A stretch of DNA of 64,000 bases from an uncultured Acidobacteriota bacterium (lineage in GTDB: Bacteria > Acidobacteriota > UBA6911 > RPQK01 > JAPXNP01): contig CAVZRV010000031.1 of NCBI GenBank assembly GCA_963777605.1, positions 32,001-96,000 on the forward strand, in the 5' to 3' direction. The notes beneath the pieces are model-generated. The model made no database searches. It was not told the origin of the DNA and saw only the letters and a program-made list of their open reading frames with translations. Below, piece after piece: positions 9,020-17,888 of the stretch. Position 1 is the stretch's first letter, and the number at the start of each line of letters is the position of its first letter. Made by a program: the position numbers and the translations under genes.

Positions 9020-10021
9020 CTATTGATTTGGCGGCAGCGGGGTGATGTGTTGAAGCAGTTCATTATCTCGAACGAGGTTCCGGTGATTCTCAAGGATCGC
9101 GATATCAGCCCGGGAGAAGACCGCATTCCACCGACGGTCCCGTTTGTTGCACAGCCAAACGGCGACTTCGGAACCCTCCAGCACTCGAGAATCGGGGGCC
9201 GGATCCTGCTTTCCAACCTTTCCGACGAGGGCATTATCGGTCGTCGATACCTTGTCCACGCCGCCGAGCTTCAATCCCCTGCTCTGCAGCGCTGCCACAG
9301 CCTGCTCCAGACTCGACCGCGCCAGATCTGGCACGAGTTTCGCGTCCGCCTCGAGAACCAGCTCCACTCTCGACTGCTTTTCTACTTCAGTACCGGCCTG
9401 GGGCTCCATGCGAAGCACTGTTCCTGGAGCCGGAGGGAAGCTCTCCACTCCCTGGGGCAATTGGTCTGCCGAGGCCGTGAGCTCGCGTCCTGACTCAGAT
9501 GGGCTCAGATCTACGTCCGTCAGTGCTTGCATAGCCTGGTCGACGGGCAGACCGACCACATTCGGGATCTCCACTGCGGAGCCGCTCAGAATGAGCCACA
9601 ATGTTACTCCGCCTCCCACCAGGAGGATCGCCGCAGCGACAGCGATCAATGGCCACCACTTGAAGCCCTCGGGGGCGGGCGCCTTTGGAACTTGAAAGGC
9701 GATCATTTGCCCTTCGTCAAACTCATCGTTGGGCCGTTGAAAGGAGGCTACCACAGGTCGCAGGGTGTAGGTCCCTTCCACGGTACCGGAAGGAACCTGA
9801 ATCTGAACGGTAAAGGAATGGGTCTCGTCAACCCCAAAGTCCTTTTCCGTTTCACCGATAACGGTCAGCCAGTCTTTATGGGTCTCCCCAAGAGCATTGA
9901 GCCAGACCTGCCCACGGATCGGGCGGCCACTCACGTTGGTTACGGTCAACGTGACCTCGCCGTGTCCGCCCAGCAGGACCCCCGGATCCTTGGCCGTAAT
10001 ACTGAAAAATCTTGCAGCCAT
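9020..10021 (-). CDS. Bitopic protein: N-terminal Ig-like domain, single TM, two PASTA domains
   Basis: No signal peptide; beta-rich LTVTNVSGRP..GTYTLRP domain; TM WWPLIAVAAAILLVGGGVTLWLIL; PASTA repeats IPNVVGL..MEPQAG and VPDLARS..QDPAP. Confidence 0.82.
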   Translation of the reverse strand: MAARFFSITAKDPGVLLGGHGEVTLTVTNVSGRPIRGQVWLNALGETHKDWLTVIGETEKDFGVDETHSFTVQIQVPSGTVEGTYTLRPVVASFQRPNDEFDEGQMIAFQVPKAPAPEGFKWWPLIAVAAAILLVGGGVTLWLILSGSAVEIPNVVGLPVDQAMQALTDVDLSPSESGRELTASADQLPQGVESFPPAPGTVLRMEPQAGTEVEKQSRVELVLEADAKLVPDLARSSLEQAVAALQSRGLKLGGVDKVSTTDNALVGKVGKQDPAPDSRVLEGSEVAVWLCNKRDRRWNAVFSRADIAILENHRNLVRDNELLQHITPLPPNQ

Positions 10022-10213
10022 GTGTCACTTCCTCTCGTTCAACTGGTGCCCTTGCTCCCGAGTTCCCGGCCGGGGCACTCAGTTCGATGTCGTAATGTTC
10101 GAAGTCTGGGCGATCCCAGACCCACTGCTCACTTGTTTCGCTCGTTCCGTCATGGACGCCGGCTTTCCAGGCGAACTGGACCGGGATCCTTAATCTTCGT
10201 CAACCCGGAATCC

Positions 10214-10759
10214 TCAAGCGAAGTTCAGATCGTAGGTAACATGAGCGGGCTTCTCCATCTCGATGATGCGCTGGATAAGCCTGCGATGAGTTTCAGCTTC
10301 AGCCGGGGCCTCGATCCGAACATGAAATGGAATGACCCATCCCTGCGCATCACAGATCGTTTCATCGATCCGGAAGCCCTTTATTCCGGTCGCAATCTCC
10401 AGGAATCGAACGATGCCGTCTCGAGTCCCCTGCTCACGGGCGAGGCTCGCCGACGCCGCCACGAGTTCCCTCAGTCGTCCGATCCCCGAAGAAATCGGTT
10501 CCGACGAATTCCCCCAGTCTGACCGGTCTTGAGACGCTTGATCCAGGACCCAACTGAGATCGACCCACTGAGCCAGGTATTCCACCATCCGGTCCGAGGT
10601 GGTCACAGGATTGAAGTGGGCCGCAAGATCGCTCAGAATCGCTTCCGAGGGAGCATGCAATGCCTCCATGATGTCCAACACTCCGGCGAGTGGGGATCCC
10701 TCTCGCAACGTCCGGCGAATGATCTCGGGCAGCAGGGCTGCAATCTCATTCCGGTTCAT
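10214..10759 (-). CDS. CIS baseplate wedge protein (P2 gpI-like)
   Basis: LLPEIIR, YLAQWV, GTRDGI and EKPAHV motifs; follows baseplate J; alternative GTG start at 10765. Confidence 0.85.
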   Translation of the reverse strand: MNRNEIAALLPEIIRRTLREGSPLAGVLDIMEALHAPSEAILSDLAAHFNPVTTSDRMVEYLAQWVDLSWVLDQASQDRSDWGNSSEPISSGIGRLRELVAASASLAREQGTRDGIVRFLEIATGIKGFRIDETICDAQGWVIPFHVRIEAPAEAETHRRLIQRIIEMEKPAHVTYDLNFA

Positions 10760-13322
10760 GTTCACTCACCGTCTCGATTTCGTGCTCTCCTGAGCAAAAG
10801 AGCCAGGTTTCGGGCAGCGTTACCGTTTCCAGAAACTCGCGCCTGGAGGAAGATTCGTAGCTGAGGCCTCCATTGTCAGATCGATGAACACCCTCGCTCG
10901 TACCGGTCATCAAGAACCGATGGTCAACATCGGAGGCCAGTGATCTGATCGAATGGTACTTCCCCACCTCACGCATCGGGAGACCGCAGCCGACTTTCGG
11001 CGGCTGCCACTTGGGCTCGTGAGAGGCCGGCTCGATCTTGAAGACTCCGGCCTGGTCCGTCGCCGCGAACAACACCTCGCCTTGAAAAGCCAGTGCCCAG
11101 CAGGTTCCTCCCTGCCATCCCTCACTGAAGAACTGCCCTTCCAACTGAATCTGGGAGCCCCGGAGCTCCCACCGGTAGCAGCCCTTTCCCTCCGCTTTCC
11201 CGGGAACTGCAATGCCGGCCCACAAATAGCGAAGGGGACCAACTTCCTGAACCTCGAGCACCCTGACATCTTCTCCTTCCAGGCCAATCCGCGTGAAACT
11301 GCCGGCCTTCGCTCCTTGAGTGGAGAGAAAGACACCAACAACGCCTCGCCCCGCGACCGCAACCGACACCTCCCCCTGGGCATCTGACGACGACGCCACT
11401 GCGTAGAATCCCAGATCCTGGTTGCCAGGCTCGACCAGAATCTGGAGGGGGACTGCCTCCGGCTTCATCGCAAGTTCATAAAGCCCGACGTCCGTGGCCA
11501 GGATCAGGATCGGCTCTCCTTCCCTATTGATCCAGTCCATGTCAAAGACGGTGAAACCCGTTTGAGCGGCCCTGCGCCACGTCTCACCACAGTCAGATGA
11601 GACGTGGACCCGTGAAGCCCCCGGCTCTGACTCCACTGCCGAGGTCACGGCCAGCAACCCGGGCCGGGACCGATGGACCTTAACCTGACGCAAATCCTCT
11701 CCGGGGAACCTGCCTGCCGTTTCCCACCCGTTACCGTCGTCCAGCGACCGGAATAGAACAGAGCCGGCAGCCGCATACCAGGCACCCCTCTGGAAGGTAT
11801 CCGCGGCGATCGAGGTCACGTCCCTTTCGGGCACCTCGTCGACGAGAAGTCGAACCTGATCGGCGTAGCTCACGCCCGAGTCGGAAAGCAGGAGGTCATA
11901 AACGTGGGATGCCCGCAAGGGATAACCGAACCTCCAGCCAGCAGATCGCTCCGAGGGGAGTGGATTGATGGCCGAATGGAGCCGGTCCAGGACCCGGGTC
12001 CTCACCGCCTCAGGCGATTCCCCCATGTGAACAACAACCCGCGCTTTGATGCGAACCTGCTTGTAGCGAACCCAGTTCACCAGGCAGGTGGTTCCCAGGG
12101 GTCGCCTGCGATCCAACTCTCCCTGAATTCTCTCCCTTTCGGTTTCCGTCTGGTGCTCGGACAACGTATCCAGCGACACCCGTTCCCCGCTCCGGGCCGC
12201 CTCAAGAACATTCGGAACCAGCAAAACCTCCACAGTCCCCGGCGCCGCGTGGACCCAGAGAGCAGCCTTTGTAAACGCCTTGGCGCGGGCTACGGCCCCG
12301 GAAGCCCGCAGGGCAGCCAACTCATAGTCTCGACCGGTCACTGCCCGGCTGAGTGACCTCAACTCCTGGGGCCCTCTGATTAGGGCGTTCTCCAGGCTTT
12401 CTGTGTTCCTTCCGCCGGTGGCCGGAGTAGGATTGACCACACTGATACCGGGAAGGGGATCGCGAAGGACTGTGAGGAGCCCGGCGCTTACATTACCCTC
12501 GGCTCCGCCTCCATGACGATACCACAATCTGATTTCCCGTTCCGCCGGAGGAACCTCGGCCAGGAGACTCGACGAATCGGCCAGCATCTGACCGGAGGCG
12601 GACATCCGGGCAGATGGTGCGAAGACGATGCTTCCAGTGAAGCGGTCGGCCAAATAGACAAAGCGCTCCCGTTCAATGTCGGTAAAACTGCCGACCTCTC
12701 GCCAGATCCGGAAGGCCTTTCCCTGGAATTCGACGGCCCTGGCCCGGCCGTCCAAGGCTGTGCGATCCGTTTCGACGCCGACCATGAGGTCCAAATCATC
12801 TCCCGTTGGAGAGATCAACGGAGAATGGGAGGTGTACACCCTTTGGCCGGCCAGCCCAGTTCCTCGACCCGCGAGTTCTCCTTCGACCAGTTCGCAGTGA
12901 CAGGCGAGGACATCTACTCCCGAGGCTTCGGGAGTAAGGGTTGCGGACGCGGTCGTCGCAAAGGAGACAATCTTCTGGGCACTGCCTCCCCTGGCCATGG
13001 TTACCCGGGTTCCCCGGGGGACCTCGAGGGATGCCGTCCCGGGGCGACTGCGACTGAATCGGAGCATAACCTGGGCGGCCGAAGGCGGCATCAATTGAAC
13101 TCCCATCAAGCGCAGAAATTCGATGAATGCCTTCTCTGGAAGCCGGTTCAGGCGGTAGATCATCGCTTCAGTGAGATAGGCGAAGAGCTCGAGCAGGACC
13201 ATGCCGGGATCGCTGGGAGAGAAGTCGGTCCATTCCGAGGTCTGTTGTGGAATCCGACTGCGTGCCTCCTCCAGGAGTTGCCGAAAATCACGATCATCGA
13301 GGTTTGGCGGAGTCAGAGACAT
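10746..13322 (-). CDS. CIS baseplate J/gp6-like protein with inserted Asp-box beta-propeller
   Basis: PNLDDRDF..WTDFSPSDPGMVLLELFA..RLNRLPEK; GGGAEGNV, ATGGRNTES, RAVTGRDYE; Asp-box-like SLDDGNGW, SSDCGETW, SDNGGLSY; terminal LFCSGEH. Confidence 0.9.
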   Translation of the reverse strand: MSLTPPNLDDRDFRQLLEEARSRIPQQTSEWTDFSPSDPGMVLLELFAYLTEAMIYRLNRLPEKAFIEFLRLMGVQLMPPSAAQVMLRFSRSRPGTASLEVPRGTRVTMARGGSAQKIVSFATTASATLTPEASGVDVLACHCELVEGELAGRGTGLAGQRVYTSHSPLISPTGDDLDLMVGVETDRTALDGRARAVEFQGKAFRIWREVGSFTDIERERFVYLADRFTGSIVFAPSARMSASGQMLADSSSLLAEVPPAEREIRLWYRHGGGAEGNVSAGLLTVLRDPLPGISVVNPTPATGGRNTESLENALIRGPQELRSLSRAVTGRDYELAALRASGAVARAKAFTKAALWVHAAPGTVEVLLVPNVLEAARSGERVSLDTLSEHQTETERERIQGELDRRRPLGTTCLVNWVRYKQVRIKARVVVHMGESPEAVRTRVLDRLHSAINPLPSERSAGWRFGYPLRASHVYDLLLSDSGVSYADQVRLLVDEVPERDVTSIAADTFQRGAWYAAAGSVLFRSLDDGNGWETAGRFPGEDLRQVKVHRSRPGLLAVTSAVESEPGASRVHVSSDCGETWRRAAQTGFTVFDMDWINREGEPILILATDVGLYELAMKPEAVPLQILVEPGNQDLGFYAVASSSDAQGEVSVAVAGRGVVGVFLSTQGAKAGSFTRIGLEGEDVRVLEVQEVGPLRYLWAGIAVPGKAEGKGCYRWELRGSQIQLEGQFFSEGWQGGTCWALAFQGEVLFAATDQAGVFKIEPASHEPKWQPPKVGCGLPMREVGKYHSIRSLASDVDHRFLMTGTSEGVHRSDNGGLSYESSSRREFLETVTLPETWLFCSGEHEIETVSEHEPE

Positions 13323-13753
13323 CAGGAGGCCTCTCCGGACAGGTTGAAGGGAAATGAAAGTCGGGCCCTCTCCAGCGTTTTACGCACCCGGTACTCCAGA
13401 AGAATGTCGAGTCTGCCCGGGTCCGACTTGTTCGGTTCAGCATCCAGAAAGAGGATCTCGATCCGGGGTTCCCACCGGACCAGGCACTGTCGGACATAAT
13501 GAATCGCAAGACCGGCAGTCGTTTGATCGTTAGGCGAAAACTGGAGCCGGGCCAGTTCGCACCCGTACTGGGGGCGCATCACCCGCTCACCGGGGCGCGT
13601 GGAGAGCAGGAGGAAAATGGCCTGTCGCACTGAGGCCTGATCCTCAACCATCCCGATTCCTCCCGTTGGGGAGATGCGAATACCTGCATCGCTTTCCGGA
13701 ACATCGAGGTCAGGGAGATCGAATCGCCACGCCCGATATCTTGGAACCGTCAT
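13322..13753 (-). CDS. gp25/GpW baseplate-sheath initiator
   Basis: VRQAIFLLLSTRPGERVMRPQYGC...RWEPRI. Confidence 0.93.
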   Translation of the reverse strand: MTVPRYRAWRFDLPDLDVPESDAGIRISPTGGIGMVEDQASVRQAIFLLLSTRPGERVMRPQYGCELARLQFSPNDQTTAGLAIHYVRQCLVRWEPRIEILFLDAEPNKSDPGRLDILLEYRVRKTLERARLSFPFNLSGEAS

Positions 13754-14094
13754 TCCGTCCCCTCCCCCACAAGGTCCTGTCCCGGGTTTCTCACTTTGTA
13801 ATCAACCGTTCCCGGCGGAGTCCCGTCGGTCAGCCCGCGCACGCTCTCCAGGCAAACCTTGCGGCTGTCAATCCGAAGGAGATCCGAGTAGCCCACTCGG
13901 ACCTTCAGGGTCACCTGGCATGGCTTGATTCCGATCCCGACGTTTGGACAGCCCTTGATCTCTTTCCTTTCGGGATCGGCTTCGACCAGCACTCTGCGGT
14001 CCTCGACCGTAACCAGGTCCTGCGTGGGCGGCACCTCAATGTTGCCCAATTCGTGCAGGCAGACGAGAATTGCGTCTTCGGTCAGCCAGTTCAA
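13750..14094 (-). CDS. PAAR-like (DUF4280-type) spike tip protein
   Basis: CLH..GCP..KPC metal-ligand pattern; lies between VgrG-like gene and gp25; TTG start abuts the upstream stop. Confidence 0.7.
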   Translation of the reverse strand: MNWLTEDAILVCLHELGNIEVPPTQDLVTVEDRRVLVEADPERKEIKGCPNVGIGIKPCQVTLKVRVGYSDLLRIDSRKVCLESVRGLTDGTPPGTVDYKVRNPGQDLVGEGTE

Positions 14095-15615
14095 TCATGC
14101 CCTCCGAAAATCAATGTTGCTCCCTCGAATCACAATCGGGTTTCCAGGTGCCCGGATCTCGAGACCGGTCATGGCGTGCAAAAGCACCTTCTCGGGGGTC
14201 AGTTCCACAAAGCTGCCCTGGCTATTCTCGAGGCGAATGCGGGACCCGGAGTCGTCCAGGGTAATCTTCTGACCAGCTGGCGTCTGCAAGGTATACCTGC
14301 GGACTCGGCCGTCCTCGAGGCCCCAGTCGGGAACGGACTTGACTCCGAACAGGCCTCCAAGGACAACCCCCTGGCTGAGATCCTCACGGGCAAACAGCAC
14401 CAGCACCTGATCGTCCAGGTCGGGCAATGCCACCAGCCCTTTGCCAGCTCCGGCCCCGACTGTGACCACCCCCAGCCAGTTCGTCTCGATTCCCCCGAGC
14501 GATGGCAGGACCGCCTGGATCCGTCCCAGACCTTCGGGATCATCAACACTCGTCACAACCCCAACGGTTACGATGGGGCCTCGAGCGCGTTGCGAGAACG
14601 GTGCAACCGCGGTCGACAACTCCGACAGGTGACCTCGGGCGGCGTCAACTGTGTGGGTCACCTCGGTCACGACATAGTCTCCATCCAGAGAAGCGCCCAG
14701 CCCATCGACCTCGGCAACCACCCCGGGCTCCAGATCGGAATTGCCCGCAGCTATTCCCCAGAGCACAACTTCGTTGGCGATGCGGATGTCGAGTTCGGCC
14801 TGAGCCGTCGCATCGGCCAGGGCGTCATCGGTCCAGACATCGTTCAAAATCAGGCGCTCTCCGGTTCCCCCGAGCCGGCCAGGCGAGACTTCGCGCGAGA
14901 TCCGGCGACCGTTACGACCCGCCTCCGCCTCGCCGCGACGTTCTTCAACCCGACCCAGATCCCAACCGAGTGATGCGACACTTCTGCATGAAGGATCACC
15001 GTTGATCTCTACTCGCGCTTCAAGGAGCGTGGTTCCGACCGAGAGCGGCACCCGCTGATCACGTCCGGCGAGACTGAAGAGCTGCACTGAAGGCCCATCG
15101 AGGAAGAAGAACAAACCGGCACGCTCACAGGATTCTCGCAACAACTCCAAATCCGTCTGTCCCCACTGCGCCAGGCGATTCCAGACCGGCCCGGTTTCCC
15201 CGGCCTCGATGGAAAGACCCAGGTCCCCGACCAGTTCGCGGGCCAGCCCCTCACAATTCAGCGAAGTGAAAACTCGGGTCGGCTGGCGCTTCTGGAGCCG
15301 ATGGAGCAGGTCATAAGCTCGAATCGTCATCAGATGTCCGCCCGCACTTTCAAAAACGTGTTCAACCGCGGTGATCTCGCCTTCAAAAATGGAGCCGGAA
15401 AGACCTTCGGCCTCAACCCGCAATTTGGATCCTGGTTCCACCGGACTCGCCGGTTCTCCTCGATTGGGTGGATCCAGAAAGGTCAGTATGCAAAGTGCAG
15501 GCATCGAAAGGCGCTGCTGAACCCGGACCGCACCGAGATTGCCGTGCCGCACTGGATCGGTCGCAGTGCCATCGATTTCGACAATGATCGAGGGCACGGA
15601 TGCCGAATGCGCCAT
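14095..15615 (-). CDS. VgrG-like hub-spike (gp27-gp5 / baseplate V)
   Basis: IFEGEITAVE, QWGQTDLELL, VTEVTH, GVVTSVDDPEGLGRI, LPDLDDQVLV (OB fold), short beta-repeat tail. Confidence 0.9.
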   Translation of the reverse strand: MAHSASVPSIIVEIDGTATDPVRHGNLGAVRVQQRLSMPALCILTFLDPPNRGEPASPVEPGSKLRVEAEGLSGSIFEGEITAVEHVFESAGGHLMTIRAYDLLHRLQKRQPTRVFTSLNCEGLARELVGDLGLSIEAGETGPVWNRLAQWGQTDLELLRESCERAGLFFFLDGPSVQLFSLAGRDQRVPLSVGTTLLEARVEINGDPSCRSVASLGWDLGRVEERRGEAEAGRNGRRISREVSPGRLGGTGERLILNDVWTDDALADATAQAELDIRIANEVVLWGIAAGNSDLEPGVVAEVDGLGASLDGDYVVTEVTHTVDAARGHLSELSTAVAPFSQRARGPIVTVGVVTSVDDPEGLGRIQAVLPSLGGIETNWLGVVTVGAGAGKGLVALPDLDDQVLVLFAREDLSQGVVLGGLFGVKSVPDWGLEDGRVRRYTLQTPAGQKITLDDSGSRIRLENSQGSFVELTPEKVLLHAMTGLEIRAPGNPIVIRGSNIDFRRA

Positions 15616-15618
15616 TCG

Positions 15619-16359
15619 CTAGCTCCTTTCCCCGTGGATCGATGGGATTCTGAGCAGAGCGCCCGACGCGATTCGGAGCGGATCCTCCACGTTATTGGCC
15701 CACGCGATCAGCCTCCAGAACACCGGACTTCCATAGCGGCGAAACGCGATGTCCGACAGACTCTCGCTGGCTCTTCCTCCATCCGGATCCGTGCCCCCGA
15801 TCACCTCGAAAACCCCGTCCGTGTCCTGCGGTTCGCCCGAAACGGACTCAGTTGATAAAGCAGCAGGCAGGCTTTCGGGAGCGTTCTGCGCCTCTTTGAA
15901 CATCTCCGGAACGCGGACGAGTCTCATCCGCAGCCAGGATCTTCTGGGCGATCCGACCGAATCGAACTGCTCGAACCGCTCCGAGACTGCGGTAATAACG
16001 CCGGGAATGTTCCAGATTTTGCCCCAGACGAACCGAACGACTGGAGGCCTGGCTGAAGATCCGTCGGAGGCGCTGTTTTCGGCCAGCTGCCAAAGGGGGG
16101 CCGTCAGATTCCGAACGTTTTCGGTCTGAATGGATGAACCGGACAGCGTCGTGTCGAAGAGCAGGTCCAACGTCAACTCCGTGGTTCCTCCTCCGGTGAA
16201 CACCAGGGGATCGTCGGATAGTCCTCCGCCGGACACCCGGCCATTCAGCGATTTTCGGGCCTGAACACCGGCCAGTCGCCGCACCACGAGCGAGTCCGGG
16301 TTGAGGAGACACCGGATGCGTTCCCCGGTTTCCTCGACGAGAAGGGCTACCCGTTCCAT
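15619..16359 (-). CDS. CIS tube initiator (Afp7-like) with C-terminal LysM-like domain
   Basis: LNPDSL, LTLDLLFDT, PPVVRFVWG, FDSVGSPRR; SLSDIAFRRYGSPVFWRLIAWAN..DP..G..LRIP. Confidence 0.87.
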   Translation of the reverse strand: MERVALLVEETGERIRCLLNPDSLVVRRLAGVQARKSLNGRVSGGGLSDDPLVFTGGGTTELTLDLLFDTTLSGSSIQTENVRNLTAPLWQLAENSASDGSSARPPVVRFVWGKIWNIPGVITAVSERFEQFDSVGSPRRSWLRMRLVRVPEMFKEAQNAPESLPAALSTESVSGEPQDTDGVFEVIGGTDPDGGRASESLSDIAFRRYGSPVFWRLIAWANNVEDPLRIASGALLRIPSIHGERS

Positions 16360-17390
16360 CGTCTACCTTCCTGTTCCCGACTGAGCCGCCTCTTTCGCTT
16401 TTCGTCCTGCTCCCCCGATTGGATCTCAGCGTACCAGTCCCCGCCCGGGTCAAGGAGGGACGGCCACGGATCATCCGGTGGCAGTGGGAACTGACCCGGC
16501 CGGACATCCGCAATCGGCTGACTGAGGTTCAGCTGACTTGCTCCATCTGGTGAAAGCACAAACGCGGCAGTGCTCAGCGGCTCGAACGGCGCTGGAAACA
16601 CGCCGGCTCCCGGTAAGGTTGCGACGGCCTGCTCCGTAACGTTCCGGCCGGGCACCGTCGCGCCCGGGTCCCGGCGGTCACCTCCCCCATGCGGAGGAAG
16701 AACCCTGGCGCGGTTCCCGTTGAGTCGGTTTTCCGCGATCGCTGCTTTCTGGTTCTGGGGGCAGGTAAAGGGTAGCTCCCGTGAAACTGGTTTGGCAATC
16801 GAATGGCGTACTCCTCCGGGACCCGCAACGGAAGCAGGTTCGGAAGCGGAACTCTCCTCAGACAATCGACCCTCGACCAGACGATTCCGGGTTACAGATA
16901 CGCCTTCTTTTCTCCGCTGGAAAGCCGTTTCCTTCCGATCTGTCGACCCGTCCGAATCTGACGGTTCAACCGGAGGAACGAACGCTGAGCCGGAGTCCCG
17001 CGATTCAAGCGCCCGGTGGCTCACAACCGCGGGTTGGAAAACGGGCTGAGGTCGGCCTTCCCGATCAGTCCGAATCCCTTTGACGCGGCGAGACCTTACC
17101 CCAGGCTTTCTTCCCTGACCCCAGTGGACCCACTTCAGCTCCCCGGCCTTTATGGATTTGCCGGCACCGTACTCGGAACGTTCCCGGATGTGCTCCAGCC
17201 AGTGCGGCGGGGGCTCGGGATAGCTCGCCAGAAAAGCCCGTTCGAGCCAATCCGGCGCCACAGACGGGCGGTGAGGAGACATTGGCGGTCTGCGGTCGAA
17301 CCCGAGTTTTCCTGCCAGCACGTTGCTCCAGGCGATGACTATGCGAAGCAATCTGAGAAAGAGTCTTCTTGCCAGATCGAGCAGCATCAT
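16347..17390 (-). CDS. Low-complexity hypothetical protein inside the CIS operon
   Basis: 347 aa ORF fills the gap between tube and initiator with coupled junctions; amphipathic N-terminus, Pro/Ser/Arg-rich middle. Confidence 0.6.
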   Translation of the reverse strand: MMLLDLARRLFLRLLRIVIAWSNVLAGKLGFDRRPPMSPHRPSVAPDWLERAFLASYPEPPPHWLEHIRERSEYGAGKSIKAGELKWVHWGQGRKPGVRSRRVKGIRTDREGRPQPVFQPAVVSHRALESRDSGSAFVPPVEPSDSDGSTDRKETAFQRRKEGVSVTRNRLVEGRLSEESSASEPASVAGPGGVRHSIAKPVSRELPFTCPQNQKAAIAENRLNGNRARVLPPHGGGDRRDPGATVPGRNVTEQAVATLPGAGVFPAPFEPLSTAAFVLSPDGASQLNLSQPIADVRPGQFPLPPDDPWPSLLDPGGDWYAEIQSGEQDEKRKRRLSREQEGRRWNG

Positions 17391-17393
17391 CCG

Positions 17394-17876
17394 TTAGCCT
17401 CGATCCAGAGATTCGAATACCAACGTGATTGACTCAATGGCGGCTTCATTCGTCAAGGCATCCAGCGGAGCTCCACACCATTCGGCAGGCCAGGCATTAA
17501 TCAAGTTCCAACGGAGCATCTCGGTCACCCCATCAGCATCGAGCATCACAATCGAGACATTCCGGCGTTCGACCCGACCCTGAACGGCGGTCAAAAACCA
17601 CTCCCACAGGTCGGTTGATGTCGTCAGACCGTATCGCAGGGTGATGTCCCCATAATCAACCTGGCCCGGCAGCCTGCGGACCACCTGGCTGGTCCCACCC
17701 TCACGATAACGAATGGCATCGACACTGATACGCATACCGCTGCAGGCAGTGAAATGACCCTCGGTCACACCCTGGACTTCGAGTTTGAAATTGTAAGCGC
17801 GGAAGGGATCCACCCAACCACCTGTCTGAGCGCCTGTTTCTGTCTCCTGAGGCGGGGTTTCGGCAGGTTCCGGCAT
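17394..17876 (-). CDS. CIS inner tube protein (T4 gp19-like)
   Basis: DPFRAYNFKLE, YREGG, LPG..DITLRYG, WNLINAWP, IESITL. Confidence 0.95.
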   Translation of the reverse strand: MPEPAETPPQETETGAQTGGWVDPFRAYNFKLEVQGVTEGHFTACSGMRISVDAIRYREGGTSQVVRRLPGQVDYGDITLRYGLTTSTDLWEWFLTAVQGRVERRNVSIVMLDADGVTEMLRWNLINAWPAEWCGAPLDALTNEAAIESITLVFESLDRG

Positions 17877-17888
17877 GGTTCATCTCCT

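Noticed and set aside
10022-10213. Tiny minus-strand ORFs (17 and 24 aa) and a start-less open frame between gpI and the PASTA gene
   Set aside because: Too short or lacking a start codon, with no recognisable motif; cannot be supported without homology or ribosome profiling.
13666-14973. Long plus-strand ORFs opposite CIS genes (also 9527..10522 and 12513..13499)
   Set aside because: Shadow frames of well-supported minus-strand genes.
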